The translations under genes were made by a program, and so were the position numbers. A stretch of DNA of 64,000 nucleotides from Candidatus Berkelbacteria bacterium (GTDB taxonomy: Bacteria > Patescibacteriota > UBA1384 > 2-12-FULL-50-11), in the NCBI GenBank assembly GCA_016432625.1, contig CP066697.1, positions 392,409 through 456,408 on the forward strand. Direction: 5' to 3'. The notes under the pieces were generated by a model. That model was not told where the DNA came from, did not search any database, and saw nothing but the letters and a program-made list of their open reading frames with translations. This document shows, piece by piece, positions 36,684 to 44,868 of this stretch. Each line of letters starts with the position of its first letter. Within the stretch, counting starts at the first letter, position 1.

Positions 36684-39664
36684 GATAATTCTGAGAAGAT
36701 TTCACAGAGTTCGCAGCCTTGGTCAAACGAATCGCGAGCGTGGATAAATGTGTCAGCGGCAAGGATCTTTTCGTAAGTTTCTTTGACGTCTTTGGCAAGG
36801 CTGTCAATTTCGTCGTTTGTGATTCGAAAGGGTTCTTCACGGAAAGTGTGCTTGTCGTCCAGAAACTTTAGAGCGAACTCAGCGGCGTGATACGGGAAAT
36901 GCCGATCTTCGCGAGCGAGTAACGCATAAAATACTAACTGCTCTTTCAACTTGCCGTCTGATGACTTCGTCTGTCCCTCAATTTGAGAACGAGTTTTCGC
37001 CTGAGCGCCAGTCTTATAGTCGACGACCTTAACTGTTCGAGCAAGCGGATCGATAATATCAAGTCGGTCGTACTTACCGCTAACCCAAATCGAATCTAAC
37101 ATCACGTGGTGACTCGCAAAACTATACTCTACGCCGACAGGTGGTAATTCGTCTTTTGTTTTAACGTGGAGGTAGTACTCCTCAAGAAGATTTTTAGCCT
37201 GAGTAATAATTGCCGTCTTGCCGCGGAAGAACTCAAAATGCCGCGAAGCTTGTTCACAATAATTTAGTAGAGCAGTTTTAGTTGGAAGGGTTTTACGCGT
37301 TCGAAATTGTTTATAGAACAGCTCCAGAGCGCGATGCAGAATATCGCCGTAAATTAAACGCGGGTCGGGGCGGCTCGGAAAGCGTAGGACAGATTTTAAT
37401 AGATATTGTTTAGGACAGGTTTTATATGTCTCATAATCCGTGAACGTAAATGGTTTTTCTCGAATTAATTCGCGGATAACTTTCTTCTCTTCATTACGAA
37501 CGAAAACCGCTTGGTTAGGAGTAATTGCGGTAGTAAGAATTTCATTAGCCTGCGAGACGCTTGGCTCATACGACTCTCTTTCTAGGTGCGACTCAACTTC
37601 GGAGACGAACTGACTCGGTAGGACCTCACGACCCTCCTCATCGTATTTAGAGTAGCTTAAGTACAATTGATTCTTGGCGCGGGTCATCGCCACATAGAAA
37701 AGTCGGCGCTCGTCTTCAATCGGCGATTCATCCCAATCGTCTAGATTAACAATTGATCCTGGAAGCTTGATGAGCTCTCGTTTGCCGCGATCGTTCCAAG
37801 ATTTCGTACTAACGTTTGGCAGAAAAACCGTGTCAAATTCTAAGCCTTTAGCGCCATGAACGGTATTCACAAAAACCCCTTCAACTTTAGGCCCGAGGCG
37901 GTGAACTGGTAGCCGGACACGATATTGACGCAGCAAGTCTATGTAGTCCAAAAACTCTTCCAGCCCACTTCCTGGGTTTTGAATACTGAAACGTTTCGCT
38001 TCGTTGATAAATGCTTTAATGATTTCCAGGCGCTCTAAAGCGTCTCTTTGTTGACTTACTTCTTTTAGGATTCTCGAAGACGAAATGATCTCCTCAAAGA
38101 ATTCCGGCAGGCTTAGCATTCGCACCCGTTGCTGATAGTTGCCTAGCGTCTCGAGTGCTGCGCGCAACGTCTTGTTTTCTTTAGCACTAAGCGCGAGAAA
38201 ATCGATAGCCTTCTGCCACGACTTAGTTTCGTGGAAAGCACGTGCCAGACGGGCCAGAACGATAGGGGAGAGTGTGGTGATTAAATTCAGCGCTGGGGCA
38301 ACGTAGATTGGGTCACTCATATCATTAATGGCCCTTAGCAGACCAACGATCTGACGTACATCTGGCTCGTTCATTAAATTAGTGCTTTCAACGCCAGCTA
38401 CTGAGATGCCACTTTTTGCCGCAAATTCGCGGAAACTCTTTACTTCGTCGTTACGCCTAAGGAGTACAGCGACTTCTTGAGGGGGCAGATTTTTATCGAA
38501 GCGCTTTTTAATTTGCGCTACTATCCACGCGTATTGCGCTTCCGCCGAGGCAGTATTTATAAGTTTCAGTTCAGACTTATCGTTACTACGTGTTGGTGAA
38601 AGTATCGTCTTAAGTTCTGGCAAGAACCTAGTTAGTTGATAATTATTACGGTTAATTAACGCCGTGGACGCATCTAGGATTCGTTTAGCGCTACGATAAT
38701 TTTCCGTTAGGCTGATAACTTTTAGCGCTGGGTATTTCCTAACAAAGCGAAGCATGTTGGCAACGGAAGCGCCCTGAAATCGATAGATAGCTTGCTTGTC
38801 ATCGCCGACAACACAAAGGTTGGGGTTGGGGAAAAATTCGGCTAGTGATTCGACGAGTGAATTTTGGGCGTTGTTAGTATCTTGATACTCATCAACCAAA
38901 AAGTACTGAAATCGTTCCTGGTAGTACGCTATGACGTCCGCTTCCTCCTGCAGGCCCTGTACGGCAAAGATTATCATATCCTCATAGTCATAGAGGTTTC
39001 GTCTTTTTAATTCCTTCTGATAGGCAGCGTAAACTCGTGATAGCTCAACGTTCAATGCTTCAGCGCGCTTTATAGCCTGACGCTGCAATTCAGTGATTCT
39101 CTTCGCGGTTAACTTACTCTTAGCTTCCTTGCGGGCAAGTTGAGCAAGTGTTTCAGGTAAAACGTTTTCTTGTTTGGCCTTACGGATTGCTTCGGCGATG
39201 CTCGGAACGTGAAAGGTCGGTGCCCGAACTGGTCGAAGGGCAATTAGCGAGGTATCGTGCTCAACAATACGGTGGATAATCTGCAGGCGTTCCAATTCGC
39301 CGACCTGCATCGCTTCAACGGCAAAACCGAAGACGTAGGGGAATGTGGTGATGACTTCATTCGCAAACCCATGGAAGGTCGCCACCGTGACTTGGTAAGC
39401 GTCTGAACCAATAATCTTTTCTAACCGACTCCTTAAGGCCGTGACGCCCGCTTCAGTAAAGGTGAGCGCTAGGATATTGCGGGCATTAAGTTGGGTCTGG
39501 TTAAGAATCTCAGCAATACGCATTGCCACGACCTGGGTTTTGCCGGTTCCCGGGCCGGCCACGACCATAACCGGGCCTTCGATCGTCCGAACGGCTTTTT
39601 TTTGCGCCGGATTAAGACGGGCGAATTCGCGTTCGAAAACCTGGTTCTTTTTTGCTGTATTCAT
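36680..39664 (-). CDS. UvrD/REP-type helicase with C-terminal PD-(D/E)XK nuclease
   Basis: AGPGTGKT, VDEYQD, AKGLEF, EDERRLFYVAMTRA, G.YDRLD...VVDYKTG; ATG 39664 preferred. Confidence 0.93.
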   Translation of the reverse strand: MNTAKKNQVFEREFARLNPAQKKAVRTIEGPVMVVAGPGTGKTQVVAMRIAEILNQTQLNARNILALTFTEAGVTALRSRLEKIIGSDAYQVTVATFHGFANEVITTFPYVFGFAVEAMQVGELERLQIIHRIVEHDTSLIALRPVRAPTFHVPSIAEAIRKAKQENVLPETLAQLARKEAKSKLTAKRITELQRQAIKRAEALNVELSRVYAAYQKELKRRNLYDYEDMIIFAVQGLQEEADVIAYYQERFQYFLVDEYQDTNNAQNSLVESLAEFFPNPNLCVVGDDKQAIYRFQGASVANMLRFVRKYPALKVISLTENYRSAKRILDASTALINRNNYQLTRFLPELKTILSPTRSNDKSELKLINTASAEAQYAWIVAQIKKRFDKNLPPQEVAVLLRRNDEVKSFREFAAKSGISVAGVESTNLMNEPDVRQIVGLLRAINDMSDPIYVAPALNLITTLSPIVLARLARAFHETKSWQKAIDFLALSAKENKTLRAALETLGNYQQRVRMLSLPEFFEEIISSSRILKEVSQQRDALERLEIIKAFINEAKRFSIQNPGSGLEEFLDYIDLLRQYRVRLPVHRLGPKVEGVFVNTVHGAKGLEFDTVFLPNVSTKSWNDRGKRELIKLPGSIVNLDDWDESPIEDERRLFYVAMTRAKNQLYLSYSKYDEEGREVLPSQFVSEVESHLERESYEPSVSQANEILTTAITPNQAVFVRNEEKKVIRELIREKPFTFTDYETYKTCPKQYLLKSVLRFPSRPDPRLIYGDILHRALELFYKQFRTRKTLPTKTALLNYCEQASRHFEFFRGKTAIITQAKNLLEEYYLHVKTKDELPPVGVEYSFASHHVMLDSIWVSGKYDRLDIIDPLARTVKVVDYKTGAQAKTRSQIEGQTKSSDGKLKEQLVFYALLAREDRHFPYHAAEFALKFLDDKHTFREEPFRITNDEIDSLAKDVKETYEKILAADTFIHARDSFDQGCELCEIFSELS

Positions 39665-39762
39665 CAGGGTCAGACTACCGAGTTTGCCTAGTAATGCCAA
39701 GTGAAATAAGCGGGCGGCCTCGTAGGCTTGGCAGAAGACCCAAGGGATGGTAAGATTGCTCT

Positions 39763-40256
39763 TACAACGTTAAGGTTGTGGCTTTCTTCCTTCGGGAAGG
39801 GCGCAGCACCTGACAGTTCGGATCGATCATAGGCAAGGAGTGCAGCTCTCTCTTGACCCGTACTCGCCTCGAAAGAGATGGAGATTAGGTTGGCAACTGC
39901 ACACTTCCCTTTATGGCGGTTTAGCGCTTCAAGCGCTCTCGACGGTAGCTTCGGATTGGCCGACTGCTGTTTCAGTTAGGGCAGGCGAAAGCTTCCCTTC
40001 AACCGCCCGCTATGGCGCCGTGCTTCTCCTGTTGCGGGAAGGGGCCTCCAAAGGCGCTACCAACGAAACCGCTGCCTCCTGGGCAAACGAAGCCGTTGGA
40101 CTTGAATCGATCATCGATCCGCCGCGTCCGAGTGGGACTGGGCAACCGTCGGCCTGTCCGACACTTAGCCCCTCCCCTCGACGCGGGACCGCTCCCAAGA
40201 CCCTGACGGCCTGGACCCTTCAACCACGAAGAGCCCAACGCCGTCGGGGCTTCTTC
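39763..40256 (+). ncRNA. Candidate large structured ncRNA C (~490 nt)
   Basis: TTGGCA-17-TAAGAT (39728-39756), UUCG/GAAA tetraloop hairpins, long-range helices, terminator 40228-40256. Confidence 0.65.
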
Positions 40257-40280
40257 ATATAATTAGGGTAAAATGCACCT

Positions 40281-40985
40281 ATGAAACCCGCCATAATCGC
40301 CGAAACAAACGACTACCTCGTCATTAATAAGCCAGCCGGTATGGCGACTGAGCCGCCATCTGACAGACCCACGCTACGCGATTGGCTAATTGAGGCGGGG
40401 CAGATAAGAGCAGGGGAGTGGGCGGAAGATAAAAGATGCGGCGTTGTTCACCGGCTCGACACCGACACCTCAGGCGTAATTCTGTGGGCCAAAAGCGAAT
40501 CGGCACAAGCATCCTTGCAACAGCTGTGGCAGGGGAGACAGGTTAAAAAGACTTATCTTGCCCTCGTGGCTGGCCGTAGCGAGCAAACGGGCGTCATTGA
40601 GGCCGCCATAGAACGTGACAACCGTAACGATCGACAACGCGTTACACATTTACCGACCACTAAAAGCCGAAGCGCTATTACAGAATATAAAACGCTGGGA
40701 CACGCAAAAGTGGGGGAGAGGGAAGTGAGCTTAATATCCGCTCACCCGATTACCGGGCGAACTCATCAAATACGTGTCCACCTAAAATCGATCGGCCACC
40801 CAATAATTGGTGACAAACTCTACGGCGAGAAGTCTTCAGACGAAATTTCTAGAACCTTGGGTTTAAAACGGCAATTCCTTCATGCCTTTAGTCTCGAATT
40901 ACCAGATAACAAAACCTATCAAGCGAATTTGCCGTCGGAACTCACAGAACCTTTGAGAGTACTCGACCTTCTTGGTAAAATATAA
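40281..40985 (+). CDS. RluA family pseudouridine synthase
   Basis: INKPAG, VHRLDTDTSG, TGRTHQIRVH, GDKLYG. Confidence 0.95.
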   Translation: MKPAIIAETNDYLVINKPAGMATEPPSDRPTLRDWLIEAGQIRAGEWAEDKRCGVVHRLDTDTSGVILWAKSESAQASLQQLWQGRQVKKTYLALVAGRSEQTGVIEAAIERDNRNDRQRVTHLPTTKSRSAITEYKTLGHAKVGEREVSLISAHPITGRTHQIRVHLKSIGHPIIGDKLYGEKSSDEISRTLGLKRQFLHAFSLELPDNKTYQANLPSELTEPLRVLDLLGKI

Positions 40986-41012
40986 CTCACCACTAAACCT
41001 ACTAAGGAGAAC

Positions 41013-42077
41013 ATGGCATATCACGCAGTAATCATGGCGGGCGGTACCGGCACTCGTCTTTGGCCACTCAGCCGCAAGGATTCACCGAAACAATTCCAGA
41101 AGTTTATCGGCGACAAAACTCTGATCCAACAAACCTACGATCGCATTATTCAGTGTATCCCGGCCGAAAATATCTGGGTGATGACCGGAGAGCAGTACGT
41201 TGACCTCGTGAAAGCCCAGTTGCCGGAAGTTGACGTATCGCGAATTATCACCGAGCCAGTTGGTCGCAATACAGCGCCAGCAACTGGATTAGCAATGCTT
41301 CGTATTGCCGAGATTGATCCACAGGCAATTGTCTTTGGCTTGTTGCCAGCCGACCACTACGTCGGCAAGATTGAGGTTTTTACCGCTGCTGTGAAGTCGA
41401 TTTTAAGCTTCTTGGAAAATCACCGCGAGTTTGTCGTGACAATTGGCATCAACCCAACCGAACCAAATACAGGGCTGGGATATATCGAGATGGGCGAGCA
41501 GCTAGAAAAAATTGGCGATAACAAGATTTTTAAAGTCGAGTCCTTCCAAGAAAAGCCAGATTTAGAAACTGCCCAGAAATACGTCGAGCAGTGGGAGTAC
41601 CTTTGGAACGGCGGCTACTATCTGTTTAGCGTGCGGGAGATGATCGAACATTATCGTCGTTTAGCGCCGGAGATCCTGGAAAAGCTCGAAAAATTTGTCG
41701 AGAACCCTAGCGACACAGAATTATATAAAACCATCCCCGCCGAACCGATAGACAAAGCAATCGCCGAGAAACTCGACAGCCTAGCCGTTGTGCCTGTGGA
41801 CATGGACTGGAGCGATATCGGCAATTGGGCAACACTTCAGGAGATCCTCGGTGGAAATGGAGCCTTAAAACAAGTGATTTTAGGGCATCACATCGGAATA
41901 AACACCGACCGTTCGTTTGTCTTCGGTAACAAAAAACTGATTGCAACCGTTGGGCTAGAGGACATAGTTGTGATAGAAACTGAGGATGCAATCCTGGTTG
42001 CTCACCGCGACGCTGTACAGGACGTAAAGAAAGTTGTAGAACAACTTCAGGAACAAGAAAAGCACGAGTATCTGTAG
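41013..42077 (+). CDS. Mannose-1-phosphate guanylyltransferase
   Basis: MAGGTGTRLWPLSR..PKQF, EPVGRNTA, F.EKP, WSDIG.W. Confidence 0.93.
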   Translation: MAYHAVIMAGGTGTRLWPLSRKDSPKQFQKFIGDKTLIQQTYDRIIQCIPAENIWVMTGEQYVDLVKAQLPEVDVSRIITEPVGRNTAPATGLAMLRIAEIDPQAIVFGLLPADHYVGKIEVFTAAVKSILSFLENHREFVVTIGINPTEPNTGLGYIEMGEQLEKIGDNKIFKVESFQEKPDLETAQKYVEQWEYLWNGGYYLFSVREMIEHYRRLAPEILEKLEKFVENPSDTELYKTIPAEPIDKAIAEKLDSLAVVPVDMDWSDIGNWATLQEILGGNGALKQVILGHHIGINTDRSFVFGNKKLIATVGLEDIVVIETEDAILVAHRDAVQDVKKVVEQLQEQEKHEYL

Positions 42078-42085
42078 AGGGAGAT

Positions 42086-43345
42086 ATGTTAAGACACAAA
42101 TTCTGGATCGGCCTCGTATTCATCCTAGCTATTATCGGCCTCGGCGCTCACACTAGTTTGCCATCTACAGAAAACTTGTTTGGCCGGCCGGTAAAAATAA
42201 GCCAAGGTTTGGATCTGCAGGGTGGAGTACGCCTTGTATACGAGCTCGATTACTCCAAAACAACGAATGAAGACCGAACTGAGGCCATAAATTCGACGGT
42301 CAAGGTTATTGAACGAAGGGTAAATAGTACCGGCGTTGCTGAGCCAACGATTCAGCCAGGAAAATTGGGCAAGAGTGATGTCGTTACTGTAGAGCTGCCG
42401 GGAATAGAGGACGTCAACAAGGCTATCGACCTGATTGGTAAGACTGCCCAGCTAGAGTTTAGAGAGGCGGGGAGTGAAGAGAACCAAGAGTGGCTGCCAA
42501 CAGGACTGAGTGGCAAGCAACTTGATAAAGCTACGGTGACTTTCGATCAAACAACCAATCGGCCGCAAGTCAGCATGAAATTCAACAGCGAAGGCACCAG
42601 GCTCTTTAGTGAAATTACGGAGCGTAATATCGGTAAACCGGTTGCTATTTTCCTTGATGACGAGATAATTTCCGCCCCAACGGTGCAGCAAAAGATCGTT
42701 GAGGGGGAGGCGGTGATCACTGGTGACTTTACCTTAGATGAAGTTAAAGACTTGACCAATCTGCTGAACGCCGGCGCCTTAGACGTGCCTATTAAACTAG
42801 TCGAACAGCGAACTGTAGGCGCGACGCTTGGCGAAGAGTCGGTCAAAAAAAGTCTTGTTGCTGGCTTGATTGGTCTTAGTTTAGTAGTCCTATTTATGCT
42901 TCTAAATTACCGTTTAGCAGGATTAATTGCCGTCCTGGCATTAAGCGGATATGCCATTATTACTTTCGCCATCTTTAAATATATTCCTGTAACCCTAACG
43001 TTGGCTGGACTCGCAGGATTTATTCTCTCTATCGGTATGGCGGTTGATGCCAATATCTTAATCTTTGAGCGTTTACGCGAGGAGCTTGCTGCCGGCAGAG
43101 ACTTGAAAGTCGGCTTAAGCGAGGCGTTTCGTCGAGCCTGGCCGTCGGTGAGGGATTCAAACATGGCAACGCTTATTACTTGCGCCATTTTATTCTTTAC
43201 CACTACCGGTTCGATCAAAGGGTTTGCCTTAACGCTGGCTATCGGCGTGCTGATTTCAATGTTCAGTTCGATTACTGCGAGCCGTAGTTTCTTGCGGTTA
43301 TTTGCCAAGTTACCGGTATTTGCTAGAGGGTTGGAGAAAATATGA
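42086..43345 (+). CDS. secD: Protein translocase subunit SecD
   Basis: GLDLQGG, LNAGAL, SIGMAVDANILIFER. Confidence 0.97.
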   Translation: MLRHKFWIGLVFILAIIGLGAHTSLPSTENLFGRPVKISQGLDLQGGVRLVYELDYSKTTNEDRTEAINSTVKVIERRVNSTGVAEPTIQPGKLGKSDVVTVELPGIEDVNKAIDLIGKTAQLEFREAGSEENQEWLPTGLSGKQLDKATVTFDQTTNRPQVSMKFNSEGTRLFSEITERNIGKPVAIFLDDEIISAPTVQQKIVEGEAVITGDFTLDEVKDLTNLLNAGALDVPIKLVEQRTVGATLGEESVKKSLVAGLIGLSLVVLFMLLNYRLAGLIAVLALSGYAIITFAIFKYIPVTLTLAGLAGFILSIGMAVDANILIFERLREELAAGRDLKVGLSEAFRRAWPSVRDSNMATLITCAILFFTTTGSIKGFALTLAIGVLISMFSSITASRSFLRLFAKLPVFARGLEKI

Positions 43346-43476
43346 GGACAAAAAACAGCAACGATCTTAGGCCGCGTCAAAAGCCTGCTGACTTTTGCGC
43401 TCCCGCTCGACTACGCGTCTGCGCGAAGCCTAAGACCATTTCTGTTTTTCTTATCAGAAAAGAAGGGGGCGAATGA
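43342..43476 (+). other. Palindromic insert spanned by a 44-codon linker ORF
   Basis: ATGA overlaps with both the secD stop and the secF start; tcttaggc...gcctaaga and aaaaacag...ctgttttt stems. Confidence 0.6.
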
Positions 43477-44399
43477 TTTACCGATTTCTGGGAAAGAAAA
43501 AACTTTTTTGGTTCGCCTTATCCGTAGCCTTAATGATTCCCGGAATTATTGCGCTAAGCGTCTGGAAATTGCCATTTGGCATTGACTTCCGAGGCGGGGC
43601 AGTAATTGAGCTCGCCTTTGAGAAGCCAGTAGCAGAAGGGGAGTTGCGCACAAAAATAACAGGTATGCAACAGGTTCAGGGAGCTCAGATCGCCAGCACA
43701 GGGGAGAACACTTACTTAATTAAGACCTTGCCAATCGAACAGAGTAATTATCGTTCTTTAGTCGAGGAATTAGGGAAAAGTTATGGGAAAGTGACCGAGA
43801 AACAATTTCAAAACGTCGGACCGTCCGTTAGCAAGGATTTAACCCGGAAAGCCGTTATCGCCGTAGTTCTGGCATCGCTACTAATCGTCATGTACCTCGC
43901 CTATTCCTTCCGCGGCGTTACGTACCCCGTCTCCTCGTGGAGATTTGGTGTTGTAGCGGTCGTCGCCTTGCTACACGACCTTGTCATTGCTACAGGAGTT
44001 TTCTCGATCTTAGCGCACTTCTTTCACTTTGAAGTTGACGCGTCGTTTATCACCGCCCTTCTAACAATCATGGGCTTTTCGGTTCACGACACAATTGTTG
44101 TTTTCGATAGAATCAGAGAGAACCTTAGTAGTCACAGGGATGCTGGCGGCCAAAATTTCGAGTTGATCGCTGATGAGTCCCTGTCCCAAACCCTAAATCG
44201 ATCACTGGCAACCAGCTTAACGGTGATCTTTACCTTAACGGCACTGACCGTACTTGGTGGCGAAAGTATTCGTGCCTTCGTCGTCACACTTCTAGTTGGA
44301 ATAGCGATCGGAACCTACTCGTCCATTTTTACCGCGACACCGCTTTTAGTTGTTTGGCAAAACCGCGTATTGCGCCGCACGTCAGCGACAAAAATTTAA
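43473..44399 (+). CDS. secF: Protein translocase subunit SecF
   Basis: GIDFRGG, VGPSV, HD, GFSVHDTIVVFDRIRE, GTYSSIF. Confidence 0.97.
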   Translation: MIYRFLGKKKLFWFALSVALMIPGIIALSVWKLPFGIDFRGGAVIELAFEKPVAEGELRTKITGMQQVQGAQIASTGENTYLIKTLPIEQSNYRSLVEELGKSYGKVTEKQFQNVGPSVSKDLTRKAVIAVVLASLLIVMYLAYSFRGVTYPVSSWRFGVVAVVALLHDLVIATGVFSILAHFFHFEVDASFITALLTIMGFSVHDTIVVFDRIRENLSSHRDAGGQNFELIADESLSQTLNRSLATSLTVIFTLTALTVLGGESIRAFVVTLLVGIAIGTYSSIFTATPLLVVWQNRVLRRTSATKI

Positions 44400-44649
44400 C
44401 GCGGCTGACAATTTCACCGTGCGATTTTGGATTGCGGACGGACATTGAGTCGTCTAAAAATAAAAAACGCGTCCTAGGCCAAATTTGACCTAAAGTTATA
44501 TTTTACAGGTATAAAACATATACTTATCAACGACCGGGCGCGTCAGAACAGGTGATTACCGATAAGGGCAATATGCTAACGGGGTTGCTGTTGGGATAGC
44601 GATAGCGACAACAAGCCCCGACAGCACGATGAGAATTACAACAGAAGAA

Positions 44650-44677
44650 ATGTCGCACAATGTATCTTGTGCGACAT
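44650..44677. other. Putative dif (Xer recombination) site
   Basis: ATGTCGCACAA-TGTATC-TTGTGCGACAT, 11-6-11 palindrome at the gene-orientation switch. Confidence 0.7.
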
Positions 44678-44868
44678 AAAGTAGCAAAATATCATTTATT
44701 GGCTTTTCGAGAGACCCTTCAAATAAGGGCTTAATTCAGGTGAACGAGCAGCCGGTATCCAAGAGTACCGGGGAGGGTTTCCGGAAACTTTACAAAAATT
44801 ATTTCACTCATATCCCCTCCCTCCTCTGCCGCGAAAAGGGGAGGGGGACTTAAAAAGAAATTTATTAG

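Noticed and set aside
39840-40262. 140-aa ORF as a protein-coding gene
   Set aside because: No spaced RBS, low-complexity translation, and it runs through a terminator; better explained as structured RNA
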